Origin: Lentisphaeria bacterium
GTDB taxonomy: Bacteria > Verrucomicrobiota > Lentisphaeria > JABSQK01 > JAWLHB01
Length of the DNA stretch: 64,000 nt
Assembly: GCA_041690595.1 (NCBI GenBank)
Contig: JAWLHB010000006.1
Location: 62,001-126,000 of the forward strand
Reading direction: 5' to 3'
The position numbers were made by a program, and so were the translations under genes. Positions 40,412 through 49,458 of the stretch are shown piece by piece (the first letter of the stretch is position 1; each line of letters starts with the position of its first letter). The notes under the pieces are model-generated. The model searched no databases. It was not told the origin of the DNA and worked only from the letters and a program-made list of their open reading frames with translations.

Positions 40412-41721
40412 GCGGTTACCTCCGTTTCCGGGCTCGCCGGGTTGCATGGCAAACCCCGTCGCTGCCGCTCATAGGGGCAGGTATCGAAACAGCGGGCGCA
40501 GGCGAGGCAGTGGGCGCGGTCGGCCTCGTAGTCTTCGCGCCAGTGACGCATGGCATGTTGAACGAGGGCAAGACCAATGACCAGCCCCAGAAAGCCGCCC
40601 AGCCACCAGCCCCCCTTTTCAAAGCCGTCGCGAATGGCGGTTGCCTCCTGGTAGAGGCGGTCCACCTGCCCGTCCTGTACGTAGAAAGCATCGACGGCAT
40701 CCGTGAGGGTCAGACTTTCATCTTCGGCCTGCATGCGCACCTGCTCGGCGAGCTGCACGCGAGGATGATACATGGACAAAGGATCAGCGATCCGGGAGCC
40801 GGCCCAGCCCAGCAGCACCACCAGCGCCGGCAACGCCAGCACCAGCCACCCGAGGCGCCGGCGCGCCTGTCGACGCGATTCGGCGGGACGTTCGGGCAGA
40901 GGCTGATGGATGGCGCCGAAAGGACAGGAATCTTCGCACAGCCGGCACTTGCTGCACTCGCTCGGCGTGATCCGCACAAACCATTTGCTGAAGCGCGAAC
41001 AGAGGCTCAGCAGCGCCCCCAGCGGACAGAGGAATCGACAATACGGGCGGCCAACGAACATGGAGAGGACCAGCAGGGCGACACCCACGGCGATCATGAT
41101 TCGCCCGCCGCTGAGGCGAAAGATGCCCACAAATGGATCGTAGCGGCAGATGACAAAGGCGCTTCCGGTGGCGGCAAGGAGGATGGCGGCTCCGAGATAG
41201 ATCCATGGCAGCAGGCGCAGGCCACTCTCCAGCCAATGGGGCACCTTCAGCGGCTTGATGAGCACGGCATCCTGCAGCGCGCCGTGCGGGCAGACCCCCG
41301 CGCAGAAGGATCGCCCCCAGAAGAGAGCGACAATCAAGGGCAGGAGGAAGAAGCCGAGCACCGTCCACGGCACGACATAGCCGGGCTGCCAGAGCCCAAG
41401 CGCCACGTTCTGAATCGAGCCGATCGCGCAGATGCAGCCGGCGCGATAGAAGCCGAAGTAGAGAAGGCTGCCGAGCATCAGAACGATGACCGCCTTGCGA
41501 GAGCGCCGTTTGTGGACCAGCCAGGTGGCCACCGCCAGCCCGATCGCCAGTAGCCCCAGGTCGACGATCTGCCACCAGTCGGCGCGGGCGCCGGGCGTCG
41601 AGGTCAGCGGCAGCTGATGGCCGGATTCGAAATCGGGGGGCGGAAAACGCTCGACAGCCGCCACCCAGGCAGCCGTTAATCCCATTGCCAACCCCGCACA
41701 CCTTCTCCCCCATACCTTCAT
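40408..41721 (-). CDS. Membrane polyferredoxin (NapH/MauN/NosR-C-terminal-like 4Fe-4S protein)
   Basis: Multiple TMs, CICAIG, FCAGVCPHGALQ, YCRFLCPLG, CSKCRLCEDSCP and CLACARCFDTCP. Confidence 0.88.
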   Translation of the reverse strand: MKVWGRRCAGLAMGLTAAWVAAVERFPPPDFESGHQLPLTSTPGARADWWQIVDLGLLAIGLAVATWLVHKRRSRKAVIVLMLGSLLYFGFYRAGCICAIGSIQNVALGLWQPGYVVPWTVLGFFLLPLIVALFWGRSFCAGVCPHGALQDAVLIKPLKVPHWLESGLRLLPWIYLGAAILLAATGSAFVICRYDPFVGIFRLSGGRIMIAVGVALLVLSMFVGRPYCRFLCPLGALLSLCSRFSKWFVRITPSECSKCRLCEDSCPFGAIHQPLPERPAESRRQARRRLGWLVLALPALVVLLGWAGSRIADPLSMYHPRVQLAEQVRMQAEDESLTLTDAVDAFYVQDGQVDRLYQEATAIRDGFEKGGWWLGGFLGLVIGLALVQHAMRHWREDYEADRAHCLACARCFDTCPYERQRRGLPCNPASPETEVTA

Positions 41722-42296
41722 GCCGGCTTTTCCCGTGTTTTGAGCAGGTAGGGATCGGAGGCGGGTACGCGGCTGAATGCTTCGGCTGGACATTGCACGG
41801 CGATGGAGCATTCATTGCAGTTGACGCAGCGGTCGTGACGCACTTGCAGGTAAAGCGAGCCATTGCCGAACATGGTGCAACCCTTGACGCACTTGCCGCA
41901 ACCGACGCAGAGTTCCTCGTCGATCGTATATTCGAAATACGGTTCCTCGACGAAGTGACGCTCGATGGCGCCGGTCGGGCAGAGCTGATTCTCGGCCCCC
42001 GTGTTGAGGGCATTCGGCTGCGGTTCGAAGTAGCCGGTGCAGAGGGCGCAGTAGCCGCACATGCTGTACGAGTGGACGCATTTCACGGCGGACTCCTCAA
42101 GGACGCAGGCCGTGGCGCAGTTGCCGCACTGGATGCACTTGCGTGGATCGAGCTGCCAGACGAGACCGTCGTTCCGACTGCGGCCATAGGCAAATCCCGC
42201 CAGGCTGCCGGCAGCGAGCAGCCCAAGGTTGCGCAAGCCACCCTTCAGGAATTCGCGGCGAGAGGCTTTCTCATCAGCTTTGCGGTCATCGCTCAT
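41718..42296 (-). CDS. Tat-signal multi-[4Fe-4S] ferredoxin (NapG/MauM/NapF-like)
   Basis: SRREFLK plus a hydrophobic stretch, then CIQCGNCATAC, CGYCALC..CP, CVGCGKCVKGC and CVNCNEC..CP. Confidence 0.88.
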   Translation of the reverse strand: MSDDRKADEKASRREFLKGGLRNLGLLAAGSLAGFAYGRSRNDGLVWQLDPRKCIQCGNCATACVLEESAVKCVHSYSMCGYCALCTGYFEPQPNALNTGAENQLCPTGAIERHFVEEPYFEYTIDEELCVGCGKCVKGCTMFGNGSLYLQVRHDRCVNCNECSIAVQCPAEAFSRVPASDPYLLKTREKPA

Positions 42297-43348
42297 GCGG
42301 TGATCTCCTCCATGACTCGGATGCGGCGGGTGACGATATCGAGGATGTGGATGCGCCCATCCGGCGCGACCGCCACATCGAGACCACCACGCGTACAGGT
42401 CGAGGCGTCACCTCCGGCACAGGCTGCTTCGTTCTCGGGGAAGAGCGCCGGGGGTGCCACGACGGATTCGAAGGTCCCATCGGCCGCATGAATCTTCACG
42501 CGCGGAAGCCCCTTTTCGCAGGTCACGAAACGACCATCCGGCAGGATGGTGAAGTTGACCGGATTGCAGCAACCGCAGAAGCCATCGATCGCCATAGAGG
42601 TTGTCCCCCAGGAGAATTCCAAGTCGCCACGGAAGGTATAGGCTTCGACGCGATGCCGGCCGGGATTGACTACCCGCAGGAGACCGTCGGGGGCGATGCG
42701 CAGGGCAAAGAAGGGACTTGGAACCACGAAGCCGGGTATACCGCGCTCCTCGTCTCTCGCGCCAATGGGGCCGATCAACTTGCCAGAGCGATCGTGGTGC
42801 CAGACCATGCGATTGGCGGCGTCGGCGGCAAAGACATCATCATCGATCAGGTCGACGCTGGTGAGGTGAGCGCCCTCGATGGGGGCAAAGGCCAGACGCA
42901 GGGTGCCATCGGGCGAATAGAGTTCGAGGTGATCGCGAACGCCGACCAACAGCTCGTCGCCCCGCCAGCTCAGGCCACGCGGCAAGCCGGCAGTCTCCAT
43001 ATCGAGCCGGATCGCCCCATCAGGAGAGAGGAGCCGCACCCGCTTTTCGCCGGCCACGGCAATCGTCCCATCAGGACCGATGGCGATACTGCGAACCGCG
43101 CGCAATTGCGGATCGAGTTCAGCGACCTGACGATAGCGAATCAACTCTTCGGGTACGTGACGAAAGCGCTCCACATCGTAGAAGAATTCATCGCCAAGCT
43201 TACGTCTGGCGGAGGGGGATACGGGTGCCGAGGGACCACGCCAGAGGCGCGACATCCAGGCCGTGCCGCCGGCCAGAGCAGCGAGGGCGCCCCCGGCGAG
43301 GGCCTTGCCCAGGAAGTGGCGGCGACTGCTCTTCACGGGTTCGCTCAT
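42293..43348 (-). CDS. Tat-signal NHL/six-bladed beta-propeller protein with a Cys-rich loop
   Basis: SSRRHFLG Tat motif, NHL-like blades (IAIGPDG, IAPDG, VAVAPDGRIHILD) and the motif GFCGCCNP. Confidence 0.8.
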   Translation of the reverse strand: MSEPVKSSRRHFLGKALAGGALAALAGGTAWMSRLWRGPSAPVSPSARRKLGDEFFYDVERFRHVPEELIRYRQVAELDPQLRAVRSIAIGPDGTIAVAGEKRVRLLSPDGAIRLDMETAGLPRGLSWRGDELLVGVRDHLELYSPDGTLRLAFAPIEGAHLTSVDLIDDDVFAADAANRMVWHHDRSGKLIGPIGARDEERGIPGFVVPSPFFALRIAPDGLLRVVNPGRHRVEAYTFRGDLEFSWGTTSMAIDGFCGCCNPVNFTILPDGRFVTCEKGLPRVKIHAADGTFESVVAPPALFPENEAACAGGDASTCTRGGLDVAVAPDGRIHILDIVTRRIRVMEEITA

Positions 43349-43566
43349 CGGGTGCCTCCACGCCGGAAGGCCGTGGCCTCCGGCAGTTTGCAGCGGTCGT
43401 TTTCGATGCAGGTGAAGCAGCGGCTGTCGTTCACGCAACGATCGCCCAGACGACGGGCAACAAGGAGCCCCCCGGTCGCCGCCAGTGCCCCAATCAACAC
43501 CCGCCGCCCGCAGGTGCGAATGAAGTCGCGTCGTGTCTGATTTTCCTGCCACGGATCCTGATTCAT
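43345..43566 (-). CDS. Small (73 aa) Tat-like, four-Cys protein
   Basis: MNQDPWQENQTRRDFIR, a hydrophobic helix, then CVNDSRCFTCIENDRC. It has 4-bp ATGA overlaps with both neighbours. Confidence 0.72.
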   Translation of the reverse strand: MNQDPWQENQTRRDFIRTCGRRVLIGALAATGGLLVARRLGDRCVNDSRCFTCIENDRCKLPEATAFRRGGTR

Positions 43567-44978
43567 GGCGAAGCTCCTCCCTCTTTCCCCACGTCGAGTG
43601 AAACCATACGGGTTAAGTCGCGAAGAATCAACCGTCTGCCCGCCAGCGCCATGGGCCCCCACGCTTCATGACCATCGAGCACCTGTGCGTCGCCCAGCGG
43701 GCGAAAACCATCCGGCACGGCTTCCACCATGACCAGGCGACCATGATCGTCAAGCGCATAGATCAGCCTATCGGCGATCATGCAGGGGCCCAGACCGAAG
43801 CGATAATCGATGCCACTCTCCCAGAGGATCTTGCCGGAAAGATCAAGGCAGACAAGCTCGCCATTAGGACGGATCCCATAGAGGTGCCCCTGATAGTAGA
43901 CGGGGGTCTGCTGCGTGGCGCCAAACACCTTCGGAGGAAGGCGAAAGTCGATGCGAGGGACGATGCTCTCGCCTTCTTCGATCAGCTGCAGCATGGCGCT
44001 CCCGGCATTGTATCCACCCGAGAGGAAGAGCCTGCCGTCGCCGACGACCACTGGCGAGGCAATGGTCGCGATGCTGATCTTCCATTCGTCCGTCATCCAG
44101 AGAATGTCACCGCTGTCGACATCGATCCCGGCGAGGCCGCCACTGGCATTGTAGGCGACCATGCGGCGCTTAGCGAAGGTAAAAGGGGTCAGGGATGCAT
44201 GCGTCATCTGCCATGCCTTGGGGTTGGGGCTCTTCCAGCGAAGCTCGCCGGTCGCCAGATCGACGGCAATGGCCAGAGTCTCTTCGCCGCCGACGCCAAG
44301 CAGGACAACATCATCGAGAACGAGCGGGCACTGGCCCGCATACCAGGGCGGCACGACCGTGCCATACTCGCGCACCAGATCGATCCCCCAGCGAAATTCG
44401 CCCGTGAGCGCATCGGCGCAGATCACCTGGCACATCGGCCCCATCGCCACGACATGGTCACCCGCGAGAGTGGGTATGGTGCGCGACATGCCATGGTTGC
44501 GCTTGATCTTGATCGGGTAGGTCAGCCGCCAGAGCTCGCTGCCATCCTGCAGGGAGAGGCAGCGCAGGGCATCCTCCTGGCGCTCGCGGTCGTAGTCCAT
44601 GATGTAGACGCGGCCATCGCGGACGGCGGCGCCGGCATACCCTTCCCCCACCTCGATGCTCCAGAGTTGCGGAGGGCCGCCGGCCGGCCATTGGCGGGCC
44701 AGGGGGGGCGCATCGACCGCGACCATGCTCAGCTCTGCTCCGCGAAAGCCCGGCCATGCACCAGGCAGCTCGACGACCCTGCCATCACCCGGTCGCAAGG
44801 CGATATCGCCCAGCGGGTCGGCAGCTTCGGCCTCTTCCATGCCGGCGGGCCGGTCTCGTCCCGGAACTCGCGGCTCCAGGAGGCGTGCCGTCGGCCCCTG
44901 AATCCACAGCCATAGCATGGCGCTTCCAGTCAGAGCCGTAACGGCGGGTAGCAGACGTTCGATCATGGTAAGGCTCAT
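43563..44978 (-). CDS. Membrane-anchored PQQ-like beta-propeller protein
   Basis: N-terminal TM, WPGFRG, PPQLWSIEVGEGYAG and repeated GELRW/GDILW/GKILW blades. Confidence 0.85.
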   Translation of the reverse strand: MSLTMIERLLPAVTALTGSAMLWLWIQGPTARLLEPRVPGRDRPAGMEEAEAADPLGDIALRPGDGRVVELPGAWPGFRGAELSMVAVDAPPLARQWPAGGPPQLWSIEVGEGYAGAAVRDGRVYIMDYDRERQEDALRCLSLQDGSELWRLTYPIKIKRNHGMSRTIPTLAGDHVVAMGPMCQVICADALTGEFRWGIDLVREYGTVVPPWYAGQCPLVLDDVVLLGVGGEETLAIAVDLATGELRWKSPNPKAWQMTHASLTPFTFAKRRMVAYNASGGLAGIDVDSGDILWMTDEWKISIATIASPVVVGDGRLFLSGGYNAGSAMLQLIEEGESIVPRIDFRLPPKVFGATQQTPVYYQGHLYGIRPNGELVCLDLSGKILWESGIDYRFGLGPCMIADRLIYALDDHGRLVMVEAVPDGFRPLGDAQVLDGHEAWGPMALAGRRLILRDLTRMVSLDVGKEGGASP

Positions 44979-45027
44979 CCGTGGTCACGCAGCGCATGCC
45001 CACTCGGTATGATGTTCATCCCCTTCA

Positions 45028-48000
45028 TCATTCCCTGCGTAAGGCAGACAGAAGATCGCCTCGCAGGGCGAAGACTGCCGCCAGTATTATCCATAAGATT
45101 CCACTGATTCCCAGAAGTGCCATCAGAAGGGCCAGCAAATGCCATGGTACGCCGGGGCCTGAGCGCATCAGGAGGGGCATCACCGCGGCCGCCGCGGCAA
45201 TCGCGCCAACCGTGAGACCCGCCGCATAGAGGGCAAGGTGCTCCACGATCAGCAGACGACTCAACCAGCCTCGCGGATAGCCCACAGCCCGCATCAGGGC
45301 AAGCTCGGGTCGGCGCTCCAGCACATGATTCACCACCAGCAGCCCAAGCCCAACGCTGCCCAGCAGCAGACCGAGACCGCCCAGCACCTGGAAGATGCTG
45401 ATGTAGGTGTTCTGTACCCGGTCGTATTCCGCCAGCACCTCGCTGGAAGGACGGAAATCGACGCCATGCTCCGCCAGTGCCCGATTGAGCGTCTCGGCCA
45501 GCAGCGCCGCATCTTCATAGCGGCTGTCGACCATCAGGATAGCATAGCCGGAGCTGCTCGGGAAGTGCTGGAGATAGGCCTCTTCGTCGACTATCAGCAT
45601 GCCGCGCAGGAGATTGCTGTCGAGGGCGCCGGCGATGCGGATGCCGAGTTCGCGCCCCTGCTCGTCCGTGTATCCATGGATGATGTCGCCGACGGCACGC
45701 CCCATGGTGTAGGTGAGGCTATTGAGATCGGTGAAGGCGTTGATCACCCGCGGCTCGGGCGTCTGGCGCAGCGCGCTCCATGGCTCCGTCGGATCGACAT
45801 CGGGGGCCAGCTTGAGGAAGGTGAAGGCCCGGCGCGCCTGCATGGTACGGCTGTCCAGCGCTGCCAGGCGGGGACGCTGCGCGCGGTTGAGATTGAGGCA
45901 GCTTGCCTCGTCACCGGCGCGCAGGCGGAGCTGAAGCACGCTGAAGGGCGGAATCCGCGGATCGCCGATGAGCCCCAGATCTTCGCGGGCACCATAGGTG
46001 TTGAGGTCGACATGCAGAGGAAGGGTGGCCTGAGCGAAGAGGGAGAAGCCGCCGGTGCCGCCGCTGGGGGCGAGGTTCTCCGGCTGGCGGTGAAGCCGCT
46101 GGGATTCGAGGGCCAGAACGAGGAAGGCGCCGCAGCCCAGAATAGCGGCCACCGCGAGACTTCGGCCGCGGTGGCGGGAGAGATTGCGCAGCCCCAGACG
46201 CGTGAGGCCGGGTGCGTCGCTCCCACCAAGGCGCGCCAGGCGATAAAGCAGGTCGTTGAAGGCCGACAGGGCGCCGACCAGCAGGAGCGTTCCCGCCAGA
46301 AAGAAGACCAGCGGCTGGTCAAGCTCCAGGATCGCGCCGAAGACGATGATGGCGATGCCGAGCAGAAGCAGAGTAAAGCCGAGAAAGGACCAGATGGGGC
46401 GGCGGGGGCGATGACCGACGGTGGATTCTGCGTCGCGACCACCGGCAAGCAGCACCGGTACCGGCCACCGGGCGATGAGGCGACCGGAATACCAGATGGT
46501 GGCGACCGCAACGATGAAGGTGGCGACGGCACCGCCGGCCAGCGAGGTGATGGTGGCGGAGAACTGGATCGGCCAGGTTCCGACGGCATCTTGCCAGACG
46601 TGTGTCAAGCCATGGAGGATGGCCATGGTGTAGCCGATGCCCAGGCAGGCACCGATGATGACCGCCGGTACTGCCAGAGCCGCGCTCTCCGCGATGTAGA
46701 AGAGGCGAACCCGGCGCCGGCTGAAGCCGAGGGCCACCAGCGTCCCCACTTCCGTGAGGCGCCGCTTCAGGCTGAAATTAAAGAGGAGGCCGGTGAGCAG
46801 CAGCGCGGCGATGATCAGGAAGATACTGAAGGCCAGGAAGTACTGGCTGAAGTCCAGGCTGTTCCGGTAGGCCTCGGTGCTCAGTTCCGCGATCGGCACC
46901 GGCACGAAGCCGACGGCCGCCGGATCCCCCAGGAGAACGTCCCGCAGCTGCTCGTCGACCTCTGGCGTCGCGGGAAGTCGTACAGCGGTGACGGCGCCGA
47001 AGCGGCTCCGCCAGAGGCGTTGGCCGGCCGACAGACTGATGAGCGCCTTGGGGGTGCCGCGGTACTCGCCCCAATAGGCTTCGTCACGGGGACGAATCCG
47101 CGCCAGCTCGATCGGCACACCCGTATCCCACGAGCGACAGTTTTCGGCGTCGCTCAGCCCCGGAAAGTCGGGCATCATGGCCGCATCGAGGCGCGGGTCG
47201 TCCATGGGAATGATCTGACGAATGACGAAGTCGGCGGAGTCGACGATAAGACGGTTCCCGGCGTCCAGCAGGAAGTACTCGATGGTGACGGTGTCGCCGA
47301 CAGCAGCTTCCAGATCTTCGGCAGCCCACTGGTTGAGCACCATCCCATCGTCTCCCAGCTCCGCCCACTGGTCGGTGGCGGTGACCATGCTGTAAGGAGT
47401 CACCCGCTCGCCGAGCCGAAGGGAATTGACGAACCAGGTGAGAAGCGATACGGAATCCGGCGAAAGCGCGGCGGCGCCGGCGGCAAGCGAATCGCGCATG
47501 AAGATCTGAGAGCTGCGTAGCTCCACGGTCTCGCCGTCTGGCAGTGACTGCACGGCAAAGCCGGCATCTTCAAGCTCCAGTAGCTTCGGAAGCGCTTCGT
47601 TTATCTTCCCGATAGTGCTCGCGCCACCCACGAGCAGCAGGTTGGCGCGGCCCGCACGGCCAAGCTCGGCCGCCAACTGGTCACGTGGGATGAAGAGATT
47701 GTAGGGGGCAACCTGATTGAGTTCCAGGTTGAAGTTGCCGAAGCTCTCCGCGCCGCGAATCTCACCCACGGTGGCGCGCCAACTGACGAAGGCGTCGTCG
47801 GCTGGACTCAGGGAGGCATCGCGCGGCAGTAGCCCGGGATTTGCAACCCGCAGTACAATGGCATCGCCGATCTCCACCCCGAGGCGCTCCGCCAGGCGAC
47901 GATTGAGGACGATCCCGCTGGCTGGAGGCGCATCGCCGAGGCTCCAGAACTCGGGGTCTACCCCCAGTATGCGCACCCGGTTGACGCGGCGCGATTCGTC

Positions 48001-48291
48001 CGGCAGGAGCACCATCCCATCGAGTTGGATGGCGGCAGCGAGCGGCACATCGAGCTGGTCGCGCAAGCGGTCATCCAGAGCGACGGTGAAGAAACGGTCG
48101 CCGGTAAGGATGGAGACGCTCACCTGGCGCAGCCGCTCATCGGCGATGCGGCGCAAGCTCGCCCGGACGGAATCGCCCACCAGCAGCGCGCCAGTGATCA
48201 CGGCACAGGCGACCGCGACTCCCGCCATGGTGCCGAGATACCCGCGCCAATGGTAGAGAGCGCTGCCGCGCACGAGGTTCAGCAGCTTCAT
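45028..48291 (-). CDS. Large FtsX/MacB-family ABC permease with two FtsX domains
   Basis: AVITGALLVGDS N-terminal TM, two FtsX motifs (RRLTEVGTLVALGF and ERRPELALMRAVG) and large periplasmic domains. Confidence 0.9.
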   Translation of the reverse strand: MKLLNLVRGSALYHWRGYLGTMAGVAVACAVITGALLVGDSVRASLRRIADERLRQVSVSILTGDRFFTVALDDRLRDQLDVPLAAAIQLDGMVLLPDESRRVNRVRILGVDPEFWSLGDAPPASGIVLNRRLAERLGVEIGDAIVLRVANPGLLPRDASLSPADDAFVSWRATVGEIRGAESFGNFNLELNQVAPYNLFIPRDQLAAELGRAGRANLLLVGGASTIGKINEALPKLLELEDAGFAVQSLPDGETVELRSSQIFMRDSLAAGAAALSPDSVSLLTWFVNSLRLGERVTPYSMVTATDQWAELGDDGMVLNQWAAEDLEAAVGDTVTIEYFLLDAGNRLIVDSADFVIRQIIPMDDPRLDAAMMPDFPGLSDAENCRSWDTGVPIELARIRPRDEAYWGEYRGTPKALISLSAGQRLWRSRFGAVTAVRLPATPEVDEQLRDVLLGDPAAVGFVPVPIAELSTEAYRNSLDFSQYFLAFSIFLIIAALLLTGLLFNFSLKRRLTEVGTLVALGFSRRRVRLFYIAESAALAVPAVIIGACLGIGYTMAILHGLTHVWQDAVGTWPIQFSATITSLAGGAVATFIVAVATIWYSGRLIARWPVPVLLAGGRDAESTVGHRPRRPIWSFLGFTLLLLGIAIIVFGAILELDQPLVFFLAGTLLLVGALSAFNDLLYRLARLGGSDAPGLTRLGLRNLSRHRGRSLAVAAILGCGAFLVLALESQRLHRQPENLAPSGGTGGFSLFAQATLPLHVDLNTYGAREDLGLIGDPRIPPFSVLQLRLRAGDEASCLNLNRAQRPRLAALDSRTMQARRAFTFLKLAPDVDPTEPWSALRQTPEPRVINAFTDLNSLTYTMGRAVGDIIHGYTDEQGRELGIRIAGALDSNLLRGMLIVDEEAYLQHFPSSSGYAILMVDSRYEDAALLAETLNRALAEHGVDFRPSSEVLAEYDRVQNTYISIFQVLGGLGLLLGSVGLGLLVVNHVLERRPELALMRAVGYPRGWLSRLLIVEHLALYAAGLTVGAIAAAAAVMPLLMRSGPGVPWHLLALLMALLGISGILWIILAAVFALRGDLLSALRRE

Positions 48292-49019
48292 CGCTTCCTC
48301 CTGCCCGCCTCCCTCAACCTCCCTTCACGCAAGGTGAGCAGACGGGGCATCCGACCGGCAATATCCGCGGCATGGGTCACCAGCACCAAGGCAACTCCCA
48401 GCGCCTTGTTAAACTCGATCAGAAGGTCGATCAAGGATTTGGCGGATTTCTGATCGAGCGAACCGGTCGGTTCATCGGCCAGAAGGAGCCGCGGCTGGTT
48501 GATAAGCGCACGTACGACGGCGACCCGCTGTCGCTCGCCGCCGGAGAGCTGGCCGGGGCGATGGGCGAGGCGCTCCTCCAGTCCCACCCGCGCCAGCAGC
48601 TCGCGAGCACGCGCGGTCGCCTGGGAACCGCGCAGAGGGGCATCGGGGGCGAGCGTCGGCACGAGGACGTTCTCCAGCACGGAGCATTGCGGAAGGAGGT
48701 GGTGCTCCTGAAAGATGAAGCCGATCTCGCGGTTGCGCAGGCGCGCCAGCTCGCGGTCGCTCAGTGCCTGGAGAGGCCGCTGATCAAATATTACCTCCCC
48801 CTCATCGGGCTGATCCAGCGCGCCGATGAGATTGAGCAGGGTGCTCTTGCCGCAGCCGCTGGGCCCCATGATCGCCACGGCGGCGCCCGGTTGAAGCAGG
48901 AAATCGATGCCCTCGAGGACGGTACCCGGCGCACCGTTGGCCGCCATGCCGGGATACCGTCGCGTGACGCCGCGAAGGAGGACGAGAGGGCTCTCTGCAT
49001 CGCGCGTCGTGTCACTCAT
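48288..49019 (-). CDS. ABC transporter ATPase (LolD/MacB-like)
   Basis: [36 protein letters not shown] and VTH. Confidence 0.96.
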   Translation of the reverse strand: MSDTTRDAESPLVLLRGVTRRYPGMAANGAPGTVLEGIDFLLQPGAAVAIMGPSGCGKSTLLNLIGALDQPDEGEVIFDQRPLQALSDRELARLRNREIGFIFQEHHLLPQCSVLENVLVPTLAPDAPLRGSQATARARELLARVGLEERLAHRPGQLSGGERQRVAVVRALINQPRLLLADEPTGSLDQKSAKSLIDLLIEFNKALGVALVLVTHAADIAGRMPRLLTLREGRLREAGRRKR

Positions 49020-49444
49020 GGAAGAAACCTGGGATCGGAGGTGATGTCGGCGGTCGGGAGTTCACAGGCATCCCCGCCTGGAATGCGGTGGCGATGGCGC
49101 GCGATGACCCGATAGCCCCAGTTGCGTAGTGGCGCGGGAATGAGACGCAGCATCCGCCCAACCAGACGCCAGCGCCCGCCGACGTCGACGAGCATTCGCC
49201 AGACCGCATCGGAATGAAGATAGGCCGTTTCCTTCGTCTCGTCAAAATCCCGCAGATAGATGACGCTATTCAGGGAAGGGTCGAGATCCGTGTACCGGTC
49301 GAAGACAGCTTGGGCCGTTTCCCCCTGCAGAGGCGCGAAGCGGAGAAGGCGATCGTGGTCGATACGAAGGAGGAAGCGGACGCTGCGATTGCACAATCCG
49401 CATCCTCCGTCGTAAAGGACGAGGCCCCTGTAGCGAGTCGCCAT
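49016..49444 (-). CDS. DCC family thiol-disulfide oxidoreductase (DUF393/YuxK-like)
   Basis: LYDGGCGLC (DxxCxxC), FAPLQG, LRNWGYRVIARHR and a C-terminal C..RFL. Confidence 0.92.
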   Translation of the reverse strand: MATRYRGLVLYDGGCGLCNRSVRFLLRIDHDRLLRFAPLQGETAQAVFDRYTDLDPSLNSVIYLRDFDETKETAYLHSDAVWRMLVDVGGRWRLVGRMLRLIPAPLRNWGYRVIARHRHRIPGGDACELPTADITSDPRFLP

Positions 49445-49458
49445 GGCACACTCCGATT

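Noticed and set aside
45238..47520. 760-aa plus-strand ORF
   Set aside because: It is an antisense shadow of the FtsX-type permease.
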